DNA of 64,000 nucleotides from Eledone cirrhosa (Eukaryota), in assembly GCA_964016885.1 (NCBI GenBank), contig OZ024748.1, positions 9,734,001 to 9,798,000 on the forward strand, written 5' to 3'. The notes below the pieces were generated by a model that made no database searches, was not told the DNA's origin, and worked only from the letters and a program-made list of their open reading frames with translations. The translations under genes and the position numbers were made by a program. Shown here in pieces: positions 14,721-27,759 of the stretch. Position 1 is the first letter of the stretch. Every line of letters starts with the position of its first letter.

Positions 14721-16098
14721 TGGTGATGCTGATGGTACTTGGACATAAAATACCTGATCCTCATCCACAGGTAGAGTACAGGTATGGGTGTGTGATTGAG
14801 CTTGACTGAGTGTATGTATGTGATTGAGTTTGTACATGTATGTATGCTTCAATATCCTATGCTGCCATGTATGCGTATATATATGTGTGTGTGAGTATGT
14901 ATGCTGTGTGATGCCATGTATGTGTGTGTATATATATGTGTGTAAGTATGTATGCTGTGTGTGCCATGTATGTGTATGTATATATATGTGTGTACGTATG
15001 TGTGATGCCATGTATGTGTATGTATATATATATGTGTAAGTATGTATGCTGTATGATGCCATGGGAAAATGTTAAACTGGAAATTTATCTGAAATTTGAA
15101 AAGTCATCTCATATTTGTTACATTGAAACCACCTAAAACTATTGGGATGTGATGTAATCTAATAGTGTGGTGTAGTGTGATGTCGTGGTGTGGTGTTCTA
15201 TGGTGTTACATAACATGTTGAGTGGACCTATGTTTAAAGGTATTCCAACTACCATCACCACCCTCACAACATAAAAGGCCAGTCCACTGTCATAGTTGGT
15301 AGAGCCGTTAGAACATCTGATTAGAATGCGTTGTGGTATTCATTCTGACTCTCTGCTCTCTCAGTTCAAACCCCACTAAGGTCAGCTTTACTTTTCATCC
15401 ACTCAAGGTTGATAAAAAAAAGTACCGGCCAAGAACTGGAGTTGATTGTTCATGTTTCTCACTTCCTTTCTATCACACACACTTCTCTGGGGCAAATCTG
15501 CTGTGTTCAGACCTGGAGAGAAGAGATCAGTTCTACTAGGTTTTCAAAATACCTAAGAAACACTATGTCTCTATAGTACCTCTATGACTCCATCGAGAGT
15601 TATAGATTAAAAAGAAAGAAGAAATTTGAGTTAAAGCAACTGGAGATTTCTGTTTCAAATATCCAACGTTCAGAAATGTTCATCTGATATCTCAATTGTG
15701 AGACTCAATGTTTGGAGATCTCAATGTTTAGATCTGAAATCAATAAAAGGCAGTGTGGGATCTGTGTGTACCTGGCTTAGAATAAATTCACTGCATGATC
15801 AATATGAAATCTGTCAAGGGTCTCATGAGGCTAAGCCCTACTTTAGCAAGGAATATGGTCTTCTGCACACGACAGGAAACCTCCATATACACATATATGG
15901 GAAGAGGTTATATACATATGGGAAGATGTTACACATACACATATATGGGAAGATGTTACACGTACACATATATGGGAAGATGTCACGTACACATATATGG
16001 GAAGATGTCACCTGCATTAATTAGGAAGCCTCTCCAGATTTCACCTGGTACCACCATATGACCAGATATCTTTGTGCTTTGTTCCTGTTATTTTACTT

Positions 16099-16301
16099 TT
16101 AACCCTTTAACAGTTACATTACTCTATATGTACTATTGTATTTTCGCAGTAAATTCTTTACCTCATATAATATTGAATCTATCAGATTTTGATATTATTT
16201 ATGTTGAGAACAATACCTTAACATAAGTATGGGCGGCTGGTTACAGATGGTTTGAACTGAAAGACGTGAGAGAATTATGGCCGGTTTAAATGCCGGGTTA
16301 A
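16099..16301. mobile_element. piggyBac-like MITE, second copy
   Basis: TTAACCCTTT...GGGTTAA; shares gagaacaataccttaacataagtatg with 1421-1612. Confidence 0.6.
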
Positions 16302-17759
16302 ACCTTCTGGCCAGAAATCCTTTGAATATATATATATATATCATCACTACTACTACTACCACTACCACCACCACGTCTGCTATTTCAAACAAATGTTCCA
16401 GACTGTCCTAAATTCTGTTCAGTGTTTGTTGCAGTGAAGCATGAAGTTTACCCGAAATGTTGCTTATGATATCACACAAGATTATATAAATGTGTGTCTC
16501 TGTATGTTTGTGTGTGTGTGCATGTTTGTGTTTATATGTTACTAGTTGACTACCACTCAGTAAAATGATAGCAAATAGTTACTTATGTCACTCTTACACA
16601 ACTGGCTTTAAATTGCTTAACCCTCCTCCTACAAAACTGCTGCCCAAGACCACCTGAAACCACCCCAGGTTCTAATAAACATAACTGTTTATTTTACATC
16701 ATCACCATTTTACCTCACTGGCATGGGTTAGATGAGTTATCCTGTTGTGAGCAATGCCAGGTCAGGTGGTTGTCTTGCTCATACAGAACTGATTCTGGCT
16801 TGGTTTCTACAGCTGGGTGCCCTTCCTAGTGCCAACCACATTTACAGTGAGTACTGGGTCCTTTTTCTCATCATCATTGATTTCTAATTTAGGTACAAGG
16901 CCAGCAAACTTGAGTCAACCCCAATGCATGACTGCTACTTTATTTTATTGACCACAGATGGATTGGTGGGATTTAAACTCAGAAGGTTAAGAGCCAGAAC
17001 AAATATCACAATATCGTATCCAACACTCTTCCAATTCTACCAATCCAATCATCTTTCGTAACTTCCATGCTTCCTGAAATTAGCCAACACTACACCTGAT
17101 ATTCCCCCTCCATACATATACACATGTATCTGGCCCTCATCATGGGTAGAACGAGACTTTTCGGAGGCCATGTTTTACAAACGGATATTCCTAATGTAAA
17201 CCCTTTTTTAGTTATTTCTTACAACTCCCATTTCTAAAAACTACACTAAACAACTTTTATTTAGCAGTTTGATGATGATGACTATTGAACTACATAATCC
17301 AATATTTCAAGTCAAGTTCAAAGAGGATTTAGGCTGAATGTCTGGCAAAAACCTTCACAAAATTGCTAAAAGATAATCCTTTTTTTCTTGGCTTTTGAAA
17401 TTATTTTTTTTTGTTTCAATTTTGTTTCTTTTCTTTTTATATTCTTTCTATCTTTTCTCTTTGTTTTTGGACGATAAAGGTGCAACCATACACCTTTAAC
17501 GTCAGAAGAGTATGTACCCATATTAAGTTTCAGAGAGCAACTGTGATCAGGATTATTCTACTGAAACTCAAGCTAAACTTTGTTAGGGACAACACTGTTT
17601 GTTGTTCAAAGCCACTCTTATCTGTGTGTAGAGGCATGACTATGGACACCTACACATTTATATACATAGGCATATATACATATATATATATTTTACACTT
17701 ACACATTCCAGTATAGCATGTATATATACATAGATATATTCATACATGTACACATACAC

Positions 17760-18335
17760 GTTTTCCAACGCTCACATGGGTTGGACAGGTCCATTTCAGT
17801 ACAGCATCTCTCCACTTGCTGTGTTCCTTTGTCATCTCCACTGTGAGTCTCAATGATTTGAGATCAGCTCTCCCAACCTCTGCTCACGTCTTCCTTGGTC
17901 TACCTCTACTGTTACTTCCTTCCATTGGGATTTCCTGGCACTTCTTCACCAAATAATCATCTCCCCTGCACATCACATGTCTGTACCAACACAGTCTTCT
18001 CTCATGCACACCTCTTCAGATTCCTCTTAAACCCTGTTTCTCTCCAGCCTACACATGTCCTCTATAATCACTGCTCATGTTTCACAGTCATGCAGTATTA
18101 CACTTCATACACAGGTATCATACAGTCGTCCTTTTGTACATAGGGAGAAACCTTTTGTTGTCAAAAATGGGAGTATCTTTCTAAACTTCTTCCATCCTAT
18201 CCTTATTCTAGCTATTATGCTCTCGTAGCATTCACCTTCATTGCTAATTAGGTCACCTAGATAACAGAAGCTATCAACCACTTCTATGGATTCTTCATGT
18301 GATTGGAAAAGGCTTATATCACTGAGGCTCTTCAC
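17760..18335 (-). mobile_element. Decayed RTE LINE 3' fragments
   Basis: IEVVDSFCYLGD...RIRIGWKKFR...KGRLYDTCV plus RTE 3' tail. Confidence 0.75.
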
Positions 18336-18347
18336 ACATATATATAT

Positions 18348-18620
18348 CATCATCATCATCGTTTAACGTCTATCTTTCACACTAGCATGGGTTTAGACGG
18401 GAATTGTCCCACTTGAGGCAAGATTGGTCGTCTCACTCGTATAGGACTGTCTGGCAGGTTTTCTACGGCTGGATGCCCTTCCTAACACCAACCACACATA
18501 CAGTGTGGAACTGGGAGGTTTTTACCGTGTTACCTACACGGCCACATTACAACATGGACTGTGTTTTTTTGTTGTGACACCTACACAACCTCATTTATTT
18601 AGGACTAGATGTTGTGGTAC
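18348..18620 (-). mobile_element. Non-autonomous RTE-derived SINE-like element with (ATG)n tail
   Basis: catcatcat tail plus ctggatgcccttcctaacacc motif; related copies at ~30830, ~32870, ~45610, ~49460 and (plus strand) 60470-60731. Confidence 0.7.
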
Positions 18621-18719
18621 CAACATAACATTACAGAGAAAGGGGTGGGGTGGGGGAGTTGGGGTAGTGGGATGGGGGTGTATATTTGATTAAGAGGTGC
18701 CTTCTGATTGTAGGTTTCG

Positions 18720-19882
18720 CTTTGTACTTAGGAAAGGCGGGTTTTCTGTATTACTGCGTAGCGCCAAAGATCTCAGTTCCGTGATATTGTCTTAGAGAGG
18801 TGTAAGTGTGTAAAGTCGGAATTTATCAAATCGTCTCAGGTTTTTCTGGGTCTGCCTACTCCGTAACTTCCATCAATTTTGATCGCCCTGCACTTTTTTA
18901 TACAACTGTCGTCTTTCATGCGCATCACGTGACCATACCAACATAGTCTTCTCTCGAGTAAACAGTATCTGATCCCTCTTATACCTAATTTCTCACTTAA
19001 TTCATTTATACTTTGCTGTTCACATATATTACTATTACACATCCAGCGGAGCATGCATGCTTCGTTCCTCTCCAGTCTGCACACAATGCCCATGTCTCAC
19101 TGCCATGTAACATAGCTGTTCGTATGCAGGCATCATACAGTCTGCCTTTCATTTTTAGAGAGAAACCTTTAATGGCCAATAGTGGTATAAGCTCTCTGAA
19201 CTTTTTCCATCCCATTCTGACTCTGGCTACTGTACTTTCTGAGCACCCTCCACCACTGCTGATTTTGTCACCCAAGTAACGGAAGGTGTCCACTATTTCT
19301 ATAGAGCCATCTGGGCAATATGAGCTAGTATCCTGTGGGCACTTGCTACTTATTGCACCTGAGCACCGGTCACATATAAAATCTACGTTCTTAGTTAGCT
19401 TACCTGTGATCCCATTACATCTTTTATGCCCCCATAATTTGCATTTGGGACATAAAATGGAATTTCTGCCTACTCCTTTCCTACACACTGAGCATGGCCA
19501 TTTCCCAGAGGGGATCTGTGCCCTATTCTCCTTCCTACATATTAGAACTTTAGTCTTAGACAAGTTAACTTTAAGGCCTTTTGATTCTAGGCCATGTTTC
19601 CATGTTTGGAATTTCTTCTCTAGTTCAGCCATCGATTCAGCTATGAGCATTAGATCATCTGCATAGAGAAGTTCCCATTGAACTCCTCTGTTATAGCCTG
19701 AAGGGCAATAATAAATAGGAGGGGGTTAAGGACGGAGCCCTGATTAACACCAACTTTTACGCTAAATTCTTCACTATATTCGTTGTTAATTCTAACCTTG
19801 CTGACTGTTTCTTTATACATGGCTTGTATAGCTCTCACAAGCCATTCATCAACCCCTAGTTTTCTAAGGGCCCACCAGATAA
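18720..19882 (-). mobile_element. RTE-clade LINE, RT with Cys-rich insertion, decayed
   Basis: [56 protein letters not shown]. Confidence 0.9.
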
Positions 19883-19967
19883 TGGTGATGGTAATCATCA
19901 TTATCATTATCATTACCATCTTATACTTGAGTTTATGTCAACAGAAAGTTTATGAATAATAATGAAA

Positions 19968-20155
19968 TAATTGTTTCTACTTTAGGCACAAGGCCAGCAA
20001 TTATCCCAGTGTATTACTGGTACTTTATTTTATCGACCCCCGTAAGGATGAAAGGCAAAGTTAACCTCGGCGGGATTTGAATTCAGACCATAAAAGGCCG
20101 TAACTCTATGCTGCAAAGCATGGCATCCAACCCTCTACCGGTACTGCCAATCCAC
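19968..20155 (-). mobile_element. tRNA-derived SINE copy
   Basis: Reverse complement of 44578-44764. Further copies at ~2410-2620, 15295-15450, 16880-17050, 24460-24640, 40385-40545, 46340-46505, 48190-48352. Confidence 0.8.
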
Positions 20156-23100
20156 TGAAATAATGAAATTTGTGTACACTGCTTGGGTGCATTGTAACAA
20201 ACTAAGAGTTTTCAACATGGAGGTATAGATATGTATAGTATATGAACATGATCTGCCTGGGAGAGTTGTATCACCAAATATACAGTGTCTCAGGCTTTGA
20301 TTAACCCTTCCAACCCATGCTGGTGGGTTTGTGTAAAATGATAGTGATGATGATGATATATAGAAAGATCTAATTTTTTCACTGAACGCATGACTAACTG
20401 GGCGTTATGTAACAATGGAGAAGGAGAGTCAGATATCTTGTGTTGTATTGTTGAAAGGTGACACATATATACACAGGAGCATGGAAAAGAGGAATAGATG
20501 TGTGTGTGTGAACACAAAGAAATGGGTGTGTATATATATACGTTATATATATGTATTTGTGTGAGTCCCGGGTTTAATCAAGGGTAAGCACAGTAAGTAA
20601 GGTACTCAATACATTAGTATACTGTAAACACCAAATTTAATATAGAAATGGCTTCTACAGGAATAGAACTGTTGCATTCGAAAGAAATAATTAGGGCTTT
20701 CAAATTATGTTGAATGATTTTAATTTAAATAGGAACCCATTAAAACAAGCAGTTTTGGACATGTTGATTATGAAAAGAGTTAATATGTTAGTATAATGTC
20801 TGATGAAATATTGAGGGAGAAAACTAGGAATTCTCTAGAATGTAACAGAATCTAACAATAAATCCTGCAGTTTTAGAATGACATGCGTATTATTGTTTTC
20901 AAACCATCTTCTACATGATCTGGGTGGTGTACTAATAATATATTAATGTCTTCTTTGCATGACATAGGCTGTCATGCTTCAGCAGTTTTTAGGTTTTTTC
21001 TTACTTTTCAATCACAACTCCACCATATATCATTTGGTGTGTGTTTATCTATTAAGGTGAAGTACCACAGTATAATACTAGACATTCAGTTAGACCAGGT
21101 ACTGTCTGTTAGCGTGAAGTACCTCAATATAATACTAGAAATTCAGTTAGACCAGTTACTTATAAAGTTTTTGGGAAAAAAAGCATCATTGTCATCCCTA
21201 TATTTCTTCTTCAGCTTTCTCTCTCCTTATTTCTCACTTTAACCCTTTTAACACCAAAGTACCTGAAACCCTCCTAGTCCTAAAACACAAAGCTATTTAT
21301 TTTAAAATCTTTATATTTATCTAAACATTTTCCATCATGTATGTAAAAAGTTATATGAAAAAATAATGTTATCTCTGATTGAGATGAAGCGAGGGTGTAT
21401 TTTAATACATATAAAAATGAGAAAGCTCTTTGCTACAACAGCCATTAAAACAGCTAAATGCTGTCAATGACAGTGATGGGCAAAAATGCCTCAGAGGACA
21501 AAGACAAGCAGCCAGTGGTCAACAGAGTGACAATCCACAAGGTGGGTTACAGGCAGAAGAAATATAGAAAAGACTAAAAGAGGAGGACAAGGGGAAATGT
21601 GTTGTGACCCAGAAGTAACTGGAAGAAGGAAATAAAGAAAAGTGATGACAAGTCTACACACATCTTCACCCTCATCAGCTCTCAAACTAGCAAAATGGTT
21701 TCACACAATTTAACTGAAAGTACCATTTTAAAATGCTGTATCGTGCAACAGAAAATTAACTTACCTTCAACATTATTAGAGGGAGAAACCAGTACCCTTT
21801 GTTGTGCGAGATTCAACATTAGGGTCTTCCCTTCACCCCCATTTCTTCTTATTAGTACTCTATAGTCTTCAAATTTTGTTCAGTTTCTATAGTTAATAAA
21901 TATTTCATGGTCAATAGGAAAAATTAAACAAAAATAATAATAATATCCTGTATACCTATAATGAAACTTTACTATTTTTAATGCTTATATTCTTTGTGGT
22001 GAGTCTATTTAACTCTTTTATTTTTAAATTTTACCTGACCACATTTTTTTATGTCAATGTAGGAATGTTTTCACTACAAAAAAATTAAAATATACCAAAA
22101 TTAAACAAGAAAACAACGATTGTTAAAGGGCAAACCAACACATTCGCAACATTGTCCAGGCTAATTAGAAATATTTTTTCAAAAAGGACACAATGTCAGG
22201 AATTTAAGAAAAAAGAATAGACATTCTTCTTTATTGAAACCTGAAGAATTATTTCTAAAGCTTTCAGGAATTATCTCCCTTCTTTTTTTACTTTTCTTCA
22301 ATGTGTGATCTGGTTCCATTTCCAATTTGAAAATTTATTATATCGAAATAAACAATGTGGATGAAATTACATAAATAGCAAAGTTTAAATTTCCCCAAAC
22401 AAATATGCTAACAATATAGATAGCCTGAATTTACAAACACAAATGCCACAGCTGTCAAAATTCAACACATACACACATATGTCCCTATTAATTACATAAA
22501 TATTTCACATAAATATATATCAAAAGGAAGCCTTCCTCTAATACATTTTGAGACAAACCAACGCACTAGCAGCATTAGCGCAAGTGATAGCAGGGCTAAT
22601 GCGCTGGAACAACCAAGCACCCTCACAGGTATCACCTGATACCACGGTAAGGCGAGCCACCAACGAAGACAACTTCGTTGCCAGTGGTCCAGTTCCCCAA
22701 ACGCCTTAAATGCCACGGGCTGGAAAAAATAGTTTCACGATAATTCCTGGTATTTAAAAATTGTATTCTGTTCAACTGCAGAAACAGTGACCCTCTCATT
22801 TTACTGCAGTATCCAGGATGTTGGAAGGAATGACATGAGTCACTGACTGTGGTTTACCAAATGAGACATCTTTCGCTTACCCACCTAGGACCATCTGGTC
22901 TCTTCCCATCAATTCTGAATAATCCAGACGAAGGACCGTGAATGGAGAGATTCTGTGCTGAATAGGACCAATCCCACCCTTGCAAGCAGGGAAAAGCGTA
23001 CGTAAAATGATGATGGTGGCCCACTTAATAAATTTGAAACTTTTTAATTGAGTCACCTGTACTCGGAATGAAATGGATGAACATCGCAAATTCCAATTTC

Positions 23101-25639
23101 TAGCATATATCTTTCAATTCCTATTTCTTCTATTTATACCAGAAACGTTTGTGTGTGACCTGTTTAACCACTTTGGGTTTACCTCAGAGTTGGTGGTGAG
23201 GGGTTCTTAATTAGTCATAACATCTTTAACTTACATAACCTTTTTTATTTATATCTCTTTCTATAGTATGTATTATATAATGGTTTATGATTTATAAAAG
23301 AAAGAAATCAATAAAAAAAAATAAGCAGACCTTCATATGACTGCCATATATTTTATACAAACTTTCATGTTGCTCCAGTCTATTCTGCTAACAAAAGTGA
23401 GTTGTACTCGTATTTTATATGGCCAAGTCTTGTCATACACACTGTTATGCTGAATCTCCCTGAAAGCTTCATTACAAGTAGATATGTTTGTAGAGTGTGC
23501 AGCCATTTGTGTTAATTTCACATGAAGGCTGTTCCATTGTTTGAAAAATTGGAACTCATTGAAACTGATGGAGGACCAATACACACAACATTCATATATT
23601 GATATTCCTGCATTGGGCTGGTAAAAGAATGAAAATGCTGCCAATTATTGCAGTGTACCATATAACTTCTTCATGAAAACTATAACAGTGGATATTGTCC
23701 TCAACATAAGACTATAACAGTTGATATTCTTCTCAACATTATAAGACTAAGCAACAACCCTCACTCGTGGTTATTGGAATATGACAAAGTTAATTTGATT
23801 TTGTTGAATTTTTTTTCAATGATTTTAATGCGGTACTTAACATTGAACGTAGATTTTAGATTGCTTCTTTACTGTGATTGATATTACCATATATATATAT
23901 AAGAATGAAAAATGGGGTGCTGTGTTGTGGCAAATGTGATATACAAATTAAAATGAAGAATTAGAAATAGAAGCCAGGACTATCCATCATCAGTGGTCTA
24001 CTAGCCATCATAGGTATTTCTTCGCATTAAAGACCAATGAAAATACAAGGATGGATTCCAATATATTCCTTTAGTATTTCACACTTACATAATACATATT
24101 TCTATAGCCTGCTTATCAGATCATGACACGAGACAATTGGCAACGTCATCAGATGTAATGATCATAAAAGATTTAGTTCAGTGACCCCTACTGAGATACA
24201 AAATATAAACGAAGAATTGATACAGAGGCAGCCCAGCCAGCGATGCAATCACTAACGGACACCCTTTTACTTATTGCATTACGGTCTGCTAATCGGAATG
24301 ACTACATCTACCCATTAGTTAAATCATCCAACTTAAATGGTATATGTATGTATGTTATATATATATATTAACCATGTCGTGAACAACAATAACATGAGAA
24401 ATATAGATCACTTCCAAATAACAATATTTTTATTAAGATTATATTAAAATATGGAAGGTGGCAGATTAGAAGAATCAGTAACGCGTCAAAAAAAGTGTTT
24501 TGTGGCATTTAGTTCTGATTTTCTAGATTCTAAGTTCAAACCCTGCTGAGATTAACTTTGTTTTTCATCTTTCCAGGATCGATATAATCAATATTTCCCC
24601 TTCCTACAAAAGACTGGTCTTGTGCCAATGTTAGAATCATATTAAAATATAGAAATGTACAAGTAACGGAAACTATTTTCTTGGAATGTAAAATTATTTA
24701 GGTGTAGTGTACTTGTAAACAAGATGTAATAGACAGACATGCTGAATATATGTGCTAAGAATTAGAGAGTGTAAGAATCAGCCATGTTGTTAGACATATT
24801 ACAGACTTGTTGCTGGCTTAGAGTCATTAGACATAATACCAGGTTGTTGGCTTAGCAGTTGGTCAAAATATCCAGGATTGATGTTATGGGGGTAACTACT
24901 CTCGGTCCACTCTTTTATAGTTGACAAATGTATAATATATATGAAAGTATGCTGTTGTTTCACAATTATGCTACAGTCTTTTCCTTTCCCCTCTCAAATA
25001 GCTCACATTATTCTACTTGGTAGATTAACAGAATTGTTAGATCAGACAAATACATAGTAATATTTGTTCCAGTTCTTTACTTTTCGTTCTTCCAAGGTCA
25101 ATAAAATAAGGTACCAGTCAAGTATAGGCATCGACTTTCCACCCTCTCCCTCAAATTGTTGGCATTGTACCTAAAGTAGAAATCCCTATTTGTTTTTGTA
25201 AGTTGTCCCCCCTTTATTGTATTTCTTCCCCAAATGCTAAGTTTTTTCTTATCTTTGTTCTCACTTCATTCTCTTCTCTACTCTCTAGAATATCTATTAC
25301 CAAAACATCTTGATGTTTCCCCCATCTCTTCCTTCTTACCTCTCTGGCAGTTCTCTGATTTTTTGATTTTTCCTTTTCTTGTTTCTTCCCATCTTAGTTT
25401 TAGTTTTCTCTTTCTTTTACCCTCTATTTCTATTTTAGCTTTCCACTTTACTCTCCCCCAGACACCGCATCCATTCCATATCTCTTCTTCCTATCTTCCA
25501 GTTATTCTACAGAAAAAACATGAGCAACGCTTGGAAATCTTGCTTAGAGCGAGAGAGAGGTGGAATAGACATGGGTGATGGTGAGAGAGAGGCGGATAGC
25601 AATAAGGGAGGGTGATGGTAGGTTGGACTAAATACTGGT

Positions 25640-25815
25640 AGATTTTAACAGTGGAGACTTCTGGTGTCCTTGGCCCTAGGACCACCTGCCTACTCACCAC
25701 CATCGGCACGGAGTTGGCTACCTGCAGGTGTTACCATCGCCAGCTAGAATGGCTGCTCTTCCAACACGTCTATCTCGCCATCCTCTGGGGAAACACCTCT
25801 ATTCTGTCCGTGGGC
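25640..25815 (+). mobile_element. CRE-clade non-LTR retrotransposon C-terminal fragment
   Basis: VETSGVLGP...LFQHVYLAILWGNTSIL resembles the CRE terminal motif (ETxGxxG...QRxSxAxxRGN). Confidence 0.65.
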
Positions 25816-26523
25816 CCCTATTTACTCCTAATAGTGAGCGAGAGAGACGGGGGTTGTGACTTAATGAAATACCTTCTTACAACATTCAGTATGATAAGGA
25901 AGAGGTGAAAAGATTGAATCCAGAGTGATGCAATGGCTCCCTCTTTACACAGGTGGTGCGACGATAGAGAGATGTTCCCCTCCATACATCGGCGTTATGG
26001 TAGTGACGGGGGAGGAGAGAGAGAGCTGCCCTGGCAGAGTAACAAAGGAACGAGAACGGTCGGCCTTCAACAGCATGGCGCTCCTGCACTCGCTGTGTGT
26101 ATATATAGAGAGAGGTGGAGGTACGCTAAGGAACAGATTATATATAATCTTTCTCACCTTATATCTTTAATCTATCTTTTCTTTCTCATATTATTTTACC
26201 CCTCGTCCGTCTTCTACTCTATCAATCCTCCCTCCGTCTCATGTTCTTTTAACTCTTTCTCTTACTACTACTCTTATTCCCTTGTCCTTTTCTCTTCTCC
26301 CCTTCACTGCTTTTCTTCCTTCTTTCTTTAGTAATTTACCTCCCCCTTTCTCTCCTGCTACTTCAAACACCCCCCTCTCCTTCATTATATTTTACTCTCT
26401 TTCTTTACAACCTTTCTCTCGCATTACATGAATCATCCTCCCTTCTCTCCTCTCGCTCTCATTTCAGTCTACTCTCTGTTCTAGATTATGTCACTCCCTC
26501 CCACTACAACTAAACTCCGTCCT

Positions 26524-26556
26524 CCGGAAGTAGTTTCTCGAATGTTCAGTGAGTCA
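26524..26556 (+). promoter_or_regulatory. Putative Nrf gene promoter module: ETS, HSE, AP-1
   Basis: CCGGAAGT (26524-26531), tTTCtcGAAtgTTCa (26534-26548) and TGAGTCA (26550-26556) clustered in 33 bp, ~1.2 kb upstream of the ATG. Confidence 0.55.
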
Positions 26557-27759
26557 CAAAGTAGAAGCCGTACTCAGAGTTTACTAACTCACACTCACCC
26601 TCAATGGAGTGTCACTCACACAATGGTGGCCAACTCTTAGCTTTTCAATTGGAATTACGGGGCTGCTGAAAAAAATTACAGAAAAATCTTAAACAAAACA
26701 ACCAACGTGAAGAAGAACAACAACAAATATACAACCCAACTATATATATATATAATGTTTTCATTGTTTATTGTTAAACCTTATATATTATTGTAGAGTA
26801 ACTTTAAAGGTGGGGTTTAACAACACAGCCCTGATATGGAGTTGTTAATAATAGTTGGACATAATTTCTCCTCTCCTTACGGTTGAAATATACCAGAAAA
26901 AACAACCCCAAAAGATCCATATGAGTATAAATACCTATGATAATTATTTATTAGTGGTAGAAAGTATTTATTTGTTATTGTTAGCTTGTAATATTAATTA
27001 GAATAATGATGATATAAATCTTAGAAGAAAACAGATTGTGGAAGGAAGAAGACTTATTTCTTCTGATATAAACAAGAAGATATTTGAATTGGTTTTGTTC
27101 CTGATTTTGTTGAGAAATTTATATTTCGAGGGGGGAATTGTTGGATCTTTCATCTTTTTATTACAAACAGAATCTTATATATATAACAACAAATGTCTGA
27201 TTATATATTTTAGTGGAAAACTAAACATCACAATATATAATATAGTATAATATATATTTATGTGTATATATAGTCTAATATATATTTATGTGTATATATA
27301 GTATATACACACAGATATATATATAATGTGGTATATTAGCAATAGTTATTCTAACAGAAGGCAACAATTAGTTGTACATTAATTTATATTATTTAGTTTC
27401 TCTTATGATTCATAATGATTTATTATAACGATGATGATGATACAACTGCGACATAAAGGAAGTTAAAGACGAACACAAAAACTGAAATATTTTATATTTT
27501 ATATAAAGAAATGTCCATTTGTTGTTCGTCCCAGTCTGTTGTAGTGGAAATATCTATTTCTTGTAGCTTCACTAATAAAATAGTGAACAAAGAAACATCG
27601 AATTTAATAACAAACATAGATTGGTTTTTATTTAAAGAAGACCAAAGCTTTGTTTTGTTGAAATCGATAATATAATTAAGGTTTAGTGTCTATAGTTGTT
27701 GTGTTTCATCTGTTGCCCTGTCTATCTGTCCATTACTATCGTCTCTCTCCTCTCTCAGA

